A DNA stretch of 64,000 nt from Mantamonas sphyraenae STR306 (GCA_026936335.1 JAPMXV010000001.1:248001-312000); one strand, 5' to 3'. Counted from the stretch's first letter, positions 36,543-49,432 are shown. Notes: generated from the sequence alone by a model not told the origin. Program-made: numbers and translations.

Positions 36543-37670
36543 ATGAGCAGTGTGATGAACAACTACCTGGACACGGAACCCACGAGCGTTCCGTCCAGCC
36601 CAGGCAGCGACAGCCAAAGTCTGACGCGCTCTGGACGCAAGCGCAAGGTACGCTCCGCGTGGAGCGACGCGGCGCTTGACGAACTTCTGAGCGAGAATTT
36701 GGACGAGGTGTCTGCCGACCTTCTGGAGTACGCGCCTTCAAAGAGGGCTCGCGTCAGCAACAGTGTGGCAGGTATGTTTGCGCAGAGGGCCGTCCATTCA
36801 CTTTTGCGTGGTGGGTGTGCTTGCATATAGGTGTGCTGTGGGAAAGACACGTATTTTCTCTCCGGACACTGACGGCGGCGTTTTTTTTCGTTGTGCTCGA
36901 CGCATTCCAGACTCGGGCAGCTCGACGCTGCCATCGATTCAGGTGCTTCTGCAGACCCTGCAGCAAACAGCAAACGCACAGGCGTGTGCTGCACCTGGAG
37001 TGACCGTGCTTCCGCCGGTGATCATCAGGAAGGAGGTGCAGGTGGCGGTTGAGCCTGTGGTTTCTGCTTCGAGCAGCACCCACGCAAACTACCTGTCCAC
37101 CATGCCCACCAGCAACCTGACCCACAACCGGGACAAGGGCCGCATCTGCGCCAACCGCGAATGCGAGAACCCTGCAGGCCAGCCCGACAAGCCCAAGAGC
37201 CTGTACTGCTCGAAACGATGCCAGTCGCGAGGTAAGTTTCAAGGTTCAAAATTTGTGTGTGTGGAGGTTGGGGCCATTTTGCGGACCTGCGCCCGCGTGT
37301 CCGTATCCACGCCCCGCAAACCCTTGTGCTGACACTGCACATTGGACACACAGAGCAAAACCTGCGCCAAGGTCGCATCAAGACGCAGGGGCGCACTCGC
37401 GGTCGCAAGCGCAAGTCTGTGCGTAGCAGCGACTCGCAAGGCAGCGGAGAGTCCACGTGGTCACCAGACACGAGCATTGTCGCCGTTTCTGGAGGCTTCC
37501 CTGGCCTTGCCTCGAACTCTTCTGCCTGCGACACCATGGGCATGAGCAACCTCATGCATACTATGCCTTCTTCGCTGCAGGCCTTGGCCTCCCTGTCCAA
37601 CCACGCCGATATTGTGCGCCAGGTCACTGCATCCATCGCAGCCGCACGCAACAGCGACGGCCACCACTAG
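36543..37670 (+). CDS. Hypothetical basic nuclear protein with a small Cys4 motif (possible DNA-binding regulator), 3 exons
   Basis: NLS-like GRKRK occurs twice; CANRECENP...YCSKRCQSR/EQNLRQGRIK spans a GT-AG intron. Confidence 0.55.
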
Positions 37671-38448
37671 ACGTCATCTCGTGCACTACGGCCACCGCGT
37701 GACGCCAATCTTACGCGCTCCACGCATGGCCACCCATCCGTGTGCTTTTCTACACCTCTGCCACACGAATGCGCGCACAAACCTTGGCAATTTTCCGGGC
37801 GAGGTCCGCTCTTTTTCCAACCCTCCGGCGGGCCCTCTCCTTTCCTTGGCGCGAATTTTCCACCTGTCCCTTTTAGCGCCAACAAGTGCATTCTACCTCC
37901 GTGCGTGCTCGCCGCCCACTTCTACATCAACCGAGGGCGAGTACGGACGCGCCACAACCATCACAACCACCACCCTTCCCCCGTGCACGTGTCCTTCTTC
38001 CGTTCCGATTGCAATCGGCGGGAATGACCCAGCGAACCTCCTTCTTTTCCAACCGTCCTCGACACACAGGTTCGCTACGCCGCCCTTCTCTGCGGTTCGT
38101 CATTGGCCAGCGGCATGCATCTTTCCCGCATGCCGCTGTCCGTTGGCACGCGTGCACACAACCCATCCTTGAGGGCCCTTTGCAAGACGCCTGCTGGCTT
38201 TTCGGCTGCCATTTTTTTTTATTTTCCACGGCATCCCAAAGCTGGCAGGAGGCTCAAAGGGCCAAGAACATACCCAACATACCAACATCCCGCTTGCTCT
38301 CAACCAACCGAGGCGAGCACGCTGGTTCACGAGCTTGTGCAAGGAGGCCTCAACTCTTTCCTCCACCCGTGTTGAGAGCCACCGCACACACAACCCACGA
38401 ACCATTGCCGCGAATCACAACAAAGTTTGAACGTTTTCCTTGTTTCTC

Positions 38449-41400
38449 TCACAACTTCATGCCACCGGTCAAATTGGCAAACTCATCGTCGTCGAAATCC
38501 TCGAGGTCGTCGTCGGAGGAGTCGCCGTGGTCGACGATGGTAAACATGGGCTGCGCTTTGGCCGCCCCGTTGCTGGATGTCGTCGTGGCTGCCGTCTTGG
38601 CCGTGTTCTGACCCACAAACGCCCCTGCTTCGGCGTCGCTGAAGCGGGACAATGCTGCAAAACCGCCGTCGTCGCCGTCGTCATCTTCGTCGTCGTTGGC
38701 ATCACCATGCCGGCTTCCCATCAGATCTTGCATTTCCATGTCCTGTCCACGTCGGGAAGATTCCCATGGGGCCTGCTTCAGCCGCGAATACGGCTGCTGG
38801 AGCTGCCGCCTGCGTCGAAGCCAAAACAGCATGCCTGCCACACCCAGGGGCACCATGGCCACAAGCACATACTCCCAGGTCCAATCCGACGCATTGTTGG
38901 GTTTGCTGCTTGCCCACGACCCGTAGATAGTGTCGCTGGACGAACTGCTGGCCATGCTGATGTTCAGCGCGTCGCGAAGTCCTCCCGACGGCAACACACT
39001 CACCTTGAGGTGTCCTATGGCAGGCAGTGCGTCTGCACTCACACCCACCTGCATCTCCGTCACGCTGACGACCAGCACCTGGTCGCTTGCCCACTCACCG
39101 CGGTAGTTTGCGTACCCGCTGATCGGTGTGGAAAACACAAGCAAAGCATCCAATGCCGCCTTGCTGCCCACCTCAACCTGATTCGTGGCCTTGTCGAACG
39201 ATATACGCATCTGCACCCCTTGTGCAAACTGCGACCCGCCGTCTTCCATACGAGTGCCGGGCAAGGCCTCAAAGGCAACAATTGCCGGTCCTGCGTCACG
39301 CACAGTCACCTCGAACGGCGATCCTTGAATCGTCACCGCCTGGCTGCTTGTTTGTCCGCCGCTTTGCTTCATCCACGCAACCACCTCAACACTGTACACC
39401 CCGTTCACGCGCGGACGCATCTGGAACTGCCACAGGCCGTTCACAGACCCCTTGTTGACCACGTCGGGTGACACAGACGCACCGCTGGCGTGTGTATCTC
39501 CTGGAAGCGCACGTCTGCCCTTGAGCGTCATCTGGAAGTCCTGCAACGTAGGGCTGTTCACGTCGTCCCGTTTGTTGCCAAACTGGTCCCGCGGCGTGAC
39601 TTCAATGCTGAGGGTGTCTTTGGTCAACACGTCTCCAAACGGATAGCCATCTACGGTGCAATGGGCCGGGTTCAGGGCGTCGGGAAGCACCGAGAGCATA
39701 AAAGGCGCCCCCTGCACCTGACCCTGCGCCGTGCCGACGCGTACCTCGTACAGGTTGGCCACCGTCACACGTAGGTTCAGCGTGCCCAGTCCTGGCGTAG
39801 TCTCCGTAACTGTGGCTTCGAGACCCGGTGGCGTCTGCGACAGGTAGTCGTACGAGGCCACGTGCACCTGTACCAAGTTGACGCCCAGCACCGCCGGCTT
39901 GCCCTTGTTGTCCAGCAGCTCCATGGGCAGTGTTACGTCTTGACCCGCCGTCACCACCAGCGTGTCGGCTGTACCCACCTGCACCTTGCTTGTTTGCGGA
40001 TCCACCATCCCCGACACCACGTCGTATGTCACCGGCGACCCTGGCACAGCGTTCATGTGGTGCATGTGGCTGTCCTTGGATGTGGCTTGCACGAAAACAC
40101 GGAACTGACCCACGTTGGTGGCTGGCAGTGACGCAACATAGCCCGATTTCCAGCGCACTGCCGCTCCGCTGGACACCAACGATGAGTCGTTGCCGTTCAC
40201 TTTCATCACACGTACGTTCACCTCTGTGTTGTTGAAGAGCGTCTGGGGCACCCATGCATTGATGGGATCGATGTAAAGGACGCCGGGGGCGGACGACACA
40301 CTCAGCGACGTTTGGAAAAGTGGACGCACGCGCACCGAGCTCACCAACAACATCACCGGCGAATCTGGCACCTTTTCGCTGGCCACCTTTACCGACAATA
40401 CAATGTTGCCCTGATCAGGCGGGGAAAAGTGCACCGTGTACGTGGCAGTCGTTTGGTTGTCGCGTGTGATCAGCGCTGATTGCAGAACACTTGTGTGCCG
40501 GAGCAGGGTGGCGTTGATCGCCGCCGTGTCGTTGCACTCCACCCTCTCGTTTCCAAACTCGTCGTACAGCCTCACCTTGACGGTGTACGGCTTGGCCACC
40601 TCGATGGAGAAGAGGTCGCCGAGCATGGAGGAGTTCAGCACGCAGTTTGCAGCCAGTAGCGGGGCAGGAAACACGTGCACACGCAGAGGTGCCTTTGTCA
40701 CGCCGTCTTTCGTCGTCACACGCAACGTGTACTCGCCACTGCGTGTCACGGTATCCAGGGAGGCCTCGAACGAATTGATTGCGTTCAACACCGCCGTGTG
40801 GTTCTCTGTGCTGCTTCTCACCAACATCACATTGAGCGTGAACAAACTGGCCTCTGGGCTGTTTCCTGCCACTGTGTTGTTCCACGCGTCGCGCAGTGCA
40901 GCGCGTACACGCACACGTCCGGCCACGTTGTTCTCCACCTCCACCCACGACGTACTGGCGTTTGCCACACCACTGGTTACGTTCACAGACCATGTGCCGA
41001 TGTGTTGCAACATCTCGTTGCCCGCATCTGCTCGTGCTACCCACGCTCTCACCGTGTGCCTGCCAGCTTTGGTCGGACACCACGAAAACATGGACTCGGC
41101 CGTCGAAATCGCCTCCGTCGTGCTTCCGCCTGCGCCGCCGTCTTCCACGTGCAACTCCAGCGGGTACGGAGGCAACACAGCACGCGATGTGTCGTCCGTC
41201 ACCACAACGCGTCCAGACACACATGTGCCAACCTGCGCCCTTTCCGCTTCGGTGCTGTTCAGAGTGATGGTCCCTGTCATTGGGGTGGGCCCTGCCCACA
41301 CATTCATCGCATCGCTCACCGTCCCACTGACCATTGCGTTCACAGTCATGTTGGTCCTTTCGCCCAGCGGTGCGCTTGTTTCGTCCAGGCGCAAAGTGAA

Positions 41401-42006
41401 GTTGCACACGAGATTGCCCTCGAATGCGCCTTCCACTGCAGTCGCCACCACCATGCCTTCCGCCCCACTCGTTCCACACACCAACGCCTCTGTCAAAGGC
41501 CACTCGCTTGAGATGTTGTTTCCGTTTACATCACGTACGAGCAGTGTGAACGCCGCGGCTTCGCCCGGACCTTTTCCGATCTTCACATCGTTCGCCGATC
41601 CCGAAACCAGCCCGCTGGCTTGCGCAGAGATGGTCGCTGTCGCCGTGAGTGTCATTGGGGTTTCTTGACTCAGCGCAGAGGCTCCTTTCTTGGTGCCGGC
41701 CACCGTCACAGTGTACACGCCCGGTGGGATCTCGTTTTCCGACGTGGCCGTCACGTCCTCCTGGCAAGCACTTGGCTGAGTGGACGGATAGAATACAGCG
41801 CTAAAACCAGATGCTGCACTTGACACAGTTACATTCGTCAACGTGCAAGGTGTGTCCTCTGCACCAGCCTGCAGCCGCAACTTGATTTCCTTTGTCCACG
41901 CATCTACACGCGTGTCCACCAGTACCACGTCGTATTGCGCCGCAGGCTCCTCAGCCAGGGCTGTGACAAAAAAGGCAACTACTACAAACAGCAAGACCCG
42001 AAGCAT
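38449..42006 (-). CDS. Type I membrane protein with filamin/Ig-like repeats
   Basis: Signal peptide MLRVLLFVV; repeats RDAWNN, YDEFGN, RDQFGN, GSP(F/V)xVxV; TM YVLVAMVPLGVAGMLFWL followed by RRRR. Confidence 0.75.
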   Translation of the reverse strand: MLRVLLFVVVAFFVTALAEEPAAQYDVVLVDTRVDAWTKEIKLRLQAGAEDTPCTLTNVTVSSAASGFSAVFYPSTQPSACQEDVTATSENEIPPGVYTVTVAGTKKGASALSQETPMTLTATATISAQASGLVSGSANDVKIGKGPGEAAAFTLLVRDVNGNNISSEWPLTEALVCGTSGAEGMVVATAVEGAFEGNLVCNFTLRLDETSAPLGERTNMTVNAMVSGTVSDAMNVWAGPTPMTGTITLNSTEAERAQVGTCVSGRVVVTDDTSRAVLPPYPLELHVEDGGAGGSTTEAISTAESMFSWCPTKAGRHTVRAWVARADAGNEMLQHIGTWSVNVTSGVANASTSWVEVENNVAGRVRVRAALRDAWNNTVAGNSPEASLFTLNVMLVRSSTENHTAVLNAINSFEASLDTVTRSGEYTLRVTTKDGVTKAPLRVHVFPAPLLAANCVLNSSMLGDLFSIEVAKPYTVKVRLYDEFGNERVECNDTAAINATLLRHTSVLQSALITRDNQTTATYTVHFSPPDQGNIVLSVKVASEKVPDSPVMLLVSSVRVRPLFQTSLSVSSAPGVLYIDPINAWVPQTLFNNTEVNVRVMKVNGNDSSLVSSGAAVRWKSGYVASLPATNVGQFRVFVQATSKDSHMHHMNAVPGSPVTYDVVSGMVDPQTSKVQVGTADTLVVTAGQDVTLPMELLDNKGKPAVLGVNLVQVHVASYDYLSQTPPGLEATVTETTPGLGTLNLRVTVANLYEVRVGTAQGQVQGAPFMLSVLPDALNPAHCTVDGYPFGDVLTKDTLSIEVTPRDQFGNKRDDVNSPTLQDFQMTLKGRRALPGDTHASGASVSPDVVNKGSVNGLWQFQMRPRVNGVYSVEVVAWMKQSGGQTSSQAVTIQGSPFEVTVRDAGPAIVAFEALPGTRMEDGGSQFAQGVQMRISFDKATNQVEVGSKAALDALLVFSTPISGYANYRGEWASDQVLVVSVTEMQVGVSADALPAIGHLKVSVLPSGGLRDALNISMASSSSSDTIYGSWASSKPNNASDWTWEYVLVAMVPLGVAGMLFWLRRRRQLQQPYSRLKQAPWESSRRGQDMEMQDLMGSRHGDANDDEDDDGDDGGFAALSRFSDAEAGAFVGQNTAKTAATTTSSNGAAKAQPMFTIVDHGDSSDDDLEDFDDDEFANLTGGMKL

Positions 42007-42068
42007 CTGTGCCTGTGATCGTATTACTGCCACGTTTTGTTCTTCCGTTGTGCAGGTCGGCGCCGCCC

Positions 42069-43108
42069 TCAATATCCAAAGTCAACCTCATCGGACGTCA
42101 GCTGGCTCTGGTTCACCACATGGCCAAACGATTCCAGAAGCAAGGGTTGCTTCTGCACCGTCTTTTTGAATTGGTCGTAGCTGATCTTCTTTTGCTGCTT
42201 CGCCCCCTCGAATTGGTCCAGCAACACCTTGATCAGCTGGCGCAGCTCCGTTTCGCTCTGGTTGTTCAGCGTGTTGCCCAACAGCACCTCGATTTCGTCC
42301 ATGCTGATGAATCCTGCGGTTCAAAGAACAAACGCGAAAAGAACAATTTGTGCGCACGTTTGTCAGCCTCCTCCCTTTCGGTCCACACGCGCACCATCAC
42401 GTGCCCACAATACCCTCTGTGCTCTCTCCACTACGGCATTATGCATCTTTCACCCATCGATGGCCACCCGTGACCCTGGGCCGTTCCAGCCGACGTGTTT
42501 GCTTCTTTCCACGCGCCTTCTCTGCCTCTCCTGCCCACACGACGTTCCTTCACACCGTCTACACCCGTGTAGCACCTTCATACACCAGCCAAAGGCCGCG
42601 TCCGTGCATGCACATCTCGCCCTCTGGCCACCCTTGTCGCTGCTCGCTCGCTGCTTCTCGCAACGGCACATACCATCACCGTTCAGGTCGTACACCTCGA
42701 AGCAAACTGTCCCCAGGCGGGTGTCAGTGGCCCTGCTGTCTGCTCCGAGACCCCACACACCTTGTGCGCTCACTTACATTTGATCTGGTCTTCCAGGTCG
42801 CCCTTCATGCACACCGACAGGCCGAGGAGGAACTCCTTGAAGCTGATCCGCTTGTTCCCGTCCTCGTCAAACTGGTCAAACACAGACTTGGCCAGCGTCT
42901 CGTCTCCGTCTGTGATCCCTATGTACTTGAGCGCTGCCTTGAACTGCTTGTAGTTGATTTCGTCCCCGTCGTTGTCCGTCACCTGCTGAAAGTATTCCTT
43001 CAGGAGCTCCAGCTCCTCACGGTCAAACGCAGTCCCCGACGAGCCCAGTTCGGAAATCACCGCTTTGTACGTTTGTGCCGACTTGTGTCCAATCTTGGAG
43101 CGAGACAT
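42069..43108 (-). CDS. EF-hand calcium sensor (calcineurin B/NCS-like), spliced; start uncertain
   Basis: FDREELELL, FDEDGNKRISFKEFLLGLSV, KGDLEDQIK, FEVYDLNGDG|FISMDE. Confidence 0.8.
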
Positions 43109-43327
43109 TGCGCACCTTGATTGTCCTATTGGTTTGTTTCGCCATCGCGAGGGCGCCTTTGAGTCCATCTCCTTCAATTGCGCTCCAATGCATCTACAGC
43201 CGTCACCATCGTTGCTCCTCACAACCGATGCTTCTTTCATCCTGCTCCCCGTCCCCCGAAACCTCTCCACATCGTGCTTCCTGCAGTGAGCCGTCCCGCA
43301 CGGGCTGACGCACCGAAACCAAGAGCG

Positions 43328-46300
43328 ATGCGACGTGACCCCACGACGAACATCGTGCTTGCATTCCTTTTGATGTTCCTGTGTGTCACGGGCGCCGTGG
43401 CGCAGTGTGGACCTCATGGCACCGACGTGCAGGGGGAGTGCCAGTGCGAGGAGGGCTGGATTGGCGACCAGTGCAACTCCCAGTACACTGAGCTCACTGC
43501 AGGCACTCCCAGCGCAGAGGCTACTCTCGACCCCAACGCAACGCCTCAATACTACCATCTGGCCCAGTCGGCAGCCACCGCGTGGGACATGAGGGTGCAG
43601 GTCGAGACCACCTCGACCACAGCACAGTGCTCCAACGTCGGCGTGCTCCTCCAGGCCGCATGCACATCCTCTGGCAAACCAGGCTGCGTCAACCCAACCC
43701 CAGGCACCCTGTTTGACCAGGGACCCACTCCTTTCCAGACCAAGGTCGCCTACGGTTCGTACCCGTACAACGGATGCGGCTGCAACTCGGACGACGCCGA
43801 CAGCATTGCCTGGTTCCTGGCCATCAGCAACACTGGCAACGCAAAGTGCTCGTTCAAGACCACCGTTTTCCAGTCGGGTGAGTTTCCCGTGTGCCCTGTG
43901 TTTGTCTGTGCAGACCCAGGGTCCTTTGCGTGAACTCGCGAAAGTGCATGATCACACTTTTTCTTTTGTTCGCACGCCTTTCCTCGCGCCCACACTCACC
44001 CTGTGCCCTTTCGGCTGCATGCAAATCACCCATTGTGTTGCACAGCTCGTTGCCCATCGCAATGTCTCGACAACGGAGGCGCATGCAACACCGCAACCGG
44101 TGCCTGCGTGTGCAAAGAGGGCTTCAGCGGTGTCGACTGCGGCTATGACGGCCGCAACGGCACCGAGATGTTCAACCTGGGCTGGAAAGCTGCACAGCTC
44201 AACGGAGGCATGCTTGCACACTTGCGCACCACCGTGTCCCTCACCAACACCCGTCTGGACCTGCGTGGTGCCCCGGGCAACCTGCAAATGTCTCAGGACA
44301 ACACCTTTTCCACTGGCAGCACCCAGAACAACAAGCAAGGAGTCGCCTTTCGCGTTTTTGGCAAGGCCAACTCCTTGCCTTCGGTGGTTACGCACGTCAC
44401 ACGCACGGGTGCATTCACTTCGGATCTGCACGTGCGCGCAGACTACTCCTGTTCGGACTGCGACAAGGACGAGATGCTCGTCACAGACTCCAAGAACGGC
44501 ACCATTGTCATCATGCATCCGCCGCACGGCACCTACCACGTCCTCGTGGCTGTTCCCGGTGTCTACGACGCCGACTACACCAGCTACCCGGCCAACTCGG
44601 ATCCGGGCAACAACTTCTTTGGCGGCAGCGGTGCCATCATCAGCATCCAGCCCAGCTTTGACGACTTTGTCGGCTCTATCATCGACTTGGCTTCCATGGG
44701 CGTGGTCCTGGCCATGATTGGGTACGCCGCATGGAAGTACTACAAGGACCCCGATCGCTACCTGCGCGAGATGCGCAACCTCTTCAAGGGTGGCTTTGCA
44801 AACAGCAAGCTGTTCCAGCGCGATGAAGCCAACATGACGGCCATGAGCGAGACGCCCGTGATTTCCGAGCGCAAGTTTGTAGTGCACATTTTCGACTATG
44901 GCACGCAGCTGCAGCGCGCCCTCAAGAAACAGCGACGCACCCTGCCCAAGCTCAAGATCACCGACCTCACCGGTATGGCTGCGTACGACACGCCCGTGGG
45001 CGTCCTCGAAGCCATGGAGTTTCTCAGCGACGCTGTGGAGCAGGACGCAAACATGCCTCTGGCGGCCATCTTTGACATGCCTCCCGTGCCCGTGGTCGAC
45101 CTCCTCGCCCAGATGGAGGTCAGTCTGGACAAGGGAAGTGCCGCCGTGCAGCTGCCTCAGGTCATCTTCTCCGAGAGCGAACTCTACTTTGACGAGGCCT
45201 TCTTTGAGATTGTGCAGATGCTTGCTGGCGTGACGCTGCCTCCTGTCAGCGTGCCACTCATCAGCGTACGCGAGCTGCTTCGCCAGCTCGGCGGCCTCGT
45301 GGACGAGATCGACGAGTTGCCCTGTGTGGAGATGCCCTGGCCCGAGAACGTGCAGGGAGATGCCTGGATCGAGAGTGTGGACCCGGAAGAGGCCGCACGC
45401 AGGAGCAAAGGCAAGGGCAAGAACAGCAACAGCGAAACGGCGTCCCTGCTGGCCAACGAGGCAAACAACGACGGTTCTCGCCAACGCGTGGTGTATATCC
45501 CTGTATCTGTGCTGTTGGAGGAGATTGGCGTGTGCATGCTGGGTTCGGACCTGCCCATGGTCGTGTTGCCCATGTTTGACAGCAGCCGCTCGCAGTCCAA
45601 CGTCGAGGCACTGTACCAGCTGGCCATGGGCACGGTGATGTCCGCCAAGAACGTGGAGGACGTCGTCAGCGAGACCTGGTTCTACTCCGTCCCCGAGCTG
45701 GTGGAGATTGTCGATGAGATCATGGAGGATGCGGCTGCGTTGGAGTTGCTTCCAGATGTGCTCATCCGCGACGACATTGTGCTGGACACAGAGGGCATTG
45801 CCTTGGAGCAGAAGCTGGTGTCGCAGTACCGCAAGCGCGAAAAGGCCATCAAAGGCGCGCAGAAGCAACAGGGCAACGCCACAGCTGCTGTGGGTCTCTT
45901 CAAGAAGATGGACAAGAAGGGCTACGGTGCAGTGAAGAGCGAGTTGCAGGCGCAGGAGGCACGCACGCGTGTGATTGCCACCGTGGTGGGTCTGCGTATG
46001 CTGTCTTTGCTCACCGACCTTGTGCACTCTCTGTTCAACGTCTCTCTCATCCACGGCGCCTTGGTCACCGTGGCCAAGATCCCTGACGTGGTCATCCTCG
46101 AGCGCGAGCTGCACTCTGTGTTTGGTTTCCTGGGCACGTGGACAGCCGGCGTGGCCGCATTCTTCAAGAACATGAACCTGGTGCCGTTGATCCTGGGCTG
46201 GAACTGCAAGGGAGCCTTCCTCTTTCTGGGCACCATCATCATGCTGCTGGGCACGCGTGCGCTGATCACCTCCATGCGCAAGGATCTGTTGCTGCGCATG

Positions 46301-47191
46301 GAGATTCGCTTTGGCCAGCTGCAGAAGCGTCACCAGGGTGACATCGGCAAGCGGGTCTGGGGCAAGATCGGCTCCTTGGCCACCACCGCCACGTTTTCGG
46401 CCATGCAAGTCTTTGTGCTTTTCCTCTACAACATGCTTTTTGCAGCCATCGGCGGCGAGCTCTCGTCTATCCAGGGCAGCTGCAGCGGAGTCGACCACAG
46501 CACACGTACCGTCTCCTTCTACCTGGCCGCCTTTGGTCTCCTGGCTGCCTTTGTGGGCAACTTTTTCGTGTTTGCTGGATCTCCTGTGCGCAACTTTGAG
46601 AACGCCAAGGGCTTCTACGTGAGTTGAGGGGGTGGGGGGTAGAAGGCAAGGGAAAGAGACGCGAGGGCTGACACACACTGCACACACGCACGCACCCACA
46701 CACGCACACAGTATCAAAGCATGGCGCAGATTGCACATGGCCTGTGGAGGATTATCCTGATGACGTTTGGGTACTGGAACACGGAGATGATGCAGAGCCA
46801 CCGTGTTCTGTCTCGTGCGCAGGCGCTTACAGACTTTGAGGACAGCAAGATCGGCCGCCACGAGGCTGTGATTGCAGCCACAGGCAAGAGCCGTGGTCTG
46901 TTCTGGATGCTGGTCCCGGGCTGTGTGTTCCTGGCCAAAGCCGCGGAGGTGTTGTCCTCGCCGACCATTTGGGGTCTCAGCGATCAGCTCAAGTTCAAGA
47001 TGGACTTCAAGTCGCGTGCCTGGAAGTGGACCAACAACTTTGGCAAGACAGCCATGCAGGTGATTGTCGTGTTTGCCCCCAGCTGGGTCACAGGTCTCAT
47101 TCTGGGTCTCGTGCACTTGCCCGACTTTATTCGCGAAATGGCCCTGGACGTCGCCATGGCCACGGAAAAGAAGGTGCTCAGCTCGCTGTGA
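43328..47191 (+). CDS. EGF-domain-containing polytopic membrane protein of unknown function, 3 exons
   Basis: Signal peptide; EGF motifs CQCEEGWIGDQC and CVCKEGFSGVDC; TM segment, acidic internal region, several C-terminal TM segments. Confidence 0.65.
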
Positions 47192-47228
47192 GCAGCAACA
47201 GAGCAATGAAACCGTCTCGCTTTTCGCT

Positions 47229-49346
47229 CTACCTCCATGAGGACGATCCCACCGTGCGTTTGTTTGCCAGCGTGCGCGCTGACGAAGATGAGCTCTGCCC
47301 TGCGTACAGGCTGAGTGTGGAGGACGAGGATGCCCCTGCAGAAGAAGAGGACGACGAAGATGATGTGGACGTTGATGATGAAGATGAAGAGAAGGAGGAG
47401 GAGGAGGAGGAGGACGATGATGACGAAGCCTTGCCACGGTACTTGCCGCTGCGACTGCCCTTGAGAAGGGTGCGCACCCACTTGCGAGCCCCGTTGACGC
47501 TCTTGAGCTGTGTGTTGTGTAGTCTGCTCACTGGGTTCTTGCCCACCAGGTCGAGCAGAGTCATGGCCAGGCCAACGCCCACCTCTTCGTACATGGCGAT
47601 GGTGTACGTTTTCGCACACGTCGACGGACTCGGCGGACACAAGTCCTTGTGCTGGCCGTAGCCCTCCGCCAGGGCTCCCACAAAGTTGCCCTTGTTGTAA
47701 TTGCACTCCAGAGTGTACTGTGTGTCCTGTGTCAGCGAGCCAATTGTGCGCAGGCGTCTGTTGCAGCCACCGTCGCTCTGTGCAACTCACGCAATGTGTC
47801 AGCCCTGTGGCTGTGTGCATGGCCACACGGCCTGTCCCAGCCTTGCTCTGTGCCTGTTTGTCCTTGGCAGTCATGTTGTTTTGGGAAAAGTTGCAGCCTT
47901 CAAACTGTGCGTGGAGGGGCAATGTGGGGAGATGTGAGCGTGCCAACACCCAGTGGCGACAGCGGATTGGCGACGCCTCGCGCTTACCTCAAAGTGGGCA
48001 CTGTTGAGGGACCACAGCTTTGCAAAGAGCACATTTGTGACCTGGTCCTCGTTCTTGGAGAGACAGTTGCCGTACAGGAAGCAGCCGCGTTTGGTGGCAT
48101 GACCATGAAAATCGACAAAGGCAAAGAGCTGGTTTCGGTCGGCCACCGCCTGCATGCTCTTGCGCAGCGCGTAAATGGATGGATGGAGCGCCGGATCCGG
48201 GTCGGCGTAGCAGCGGTTGAGGTTGGTGCCGTTTGTGTCTGTGCGGTAGTTGCCCACAGAGACGCCGTCCGGATTGAGGATGGGGATGATGCAAAACACA
48301 AAGTGCTTGCGCAGCACCTGTGCTCGCGGGTCCTTCTCGTCCAGGAGCAGGTTCAGGAAGCCGTTGAGCACATGGCTCCCCGGGGTTTCGCCCGGGTGTA
48401 CGCGCGCACTCAGATACACGTAGCGCTTGTTGGCAAAGCACGGAGCCGGATTCAGTCCTGCGTCGTTGCTGTAGTCGGCCAGGCCTGAGATGGTGTCTTC
48501 CTTGGTGCTGGTTTTGTGTGTGTGCGAGCTGATGGTCAGCAAATCAACGCGGCGACCTTGCACCGTGTTGGCCAGCCTCTGCCGGTGGTAGAAGATGGCC
48601 TTGTGGCCCGTGTACTGCTCGTCGTACATCTCCAGCTGGCTCTGTAGCTCTGCGTAAGAGTATGGAAACGCAAAGGCAAAGAAGACGGTTGCATCGGCGC
48701 GGGTCACCGTGTGTTGGAACGTCAGCTGCAACTTGCCGTCCACCGTTTCATATGTACACGGATCTTTCAGGCTGTCAAACGGCGGCAGTGTGGGTGGCGT
48801 GTCAGTGCACGAGTGTGTGAGTGTGCGTGCGAGCTGGGGACGAGTTCAACACGCGTATGGGCTGCCGGGTGTGCCAACAACGGCTTTTTCGGGATTGGCG
48901 CGTGGCGGAAGCGTTTCTTACCGTCGCCATGCAGTGGTCAGAGGGATGTGTTTGGTCTTGGAGGCCTTGGTGGATGATTTGGAGGAGGAAGAGGCATCGG
49001 AAGAGGCCGCTTTGCGTGTCATGCGGTACACCGGACGCATGTCCTGGTCGTAAAGGCGATTCTGGTTGTTCAGGTTCAACAGGGTGAGCAGAAGTGTGTC
49101 GCCAGCCTGGGCCCCAGCCACCGAGAAATGGAACCAGGCACGGTAGGTGTCGTCCTTCCCGTCTGCACTTGCGTCTGCGTTGACCGTGAGATGGTAGGCC
49201 AGTGTAGTGTCTGTGCAGGCACTGGAATCGACTTCCACCGAAGCAAGGTTTCCCGAATCAAAGTCTGCGCTGAACATCAGTGAGGCAGGGTCTGTGGGCG
49301 TACGCTTGGTGCCGCTGCCACTTGCCGCCGATGTTGTAGAAGACAT
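47229..49346 (-). CDS. Cytosolic carboxypeptidase (CCP5/AGBL5-like tubulin deglutamylase), spliced
   Basis: FSADFDSGNL, WFHFSV, FAFAFPYSY, SARVHPGETPGS, LNPDGV, NLNR, VDFHGHATKRGCFLYGN, KAGTGRVA. Confidence 0.88.
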
Positions 49347-49357
49347 GAATGCAGTGG

Positions 49358-49389
<32 letters not shown>

Positions 49390-49432
49390 AGGGCGGAGTG
49401 TGGGGCACGGGTGCAGATTTGTTGTTTTGGTG

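Noticed and set aside
38174-38263. Assignment of the hairpin to U5 snRNA, Y RNA, SRP RNA or SECIS
   Set aside because: Diagnostic motifs (U5 loop GCCUUUUAC, Ro-binding stem, SRP helix 8, AUGA/GA quartet) were not found
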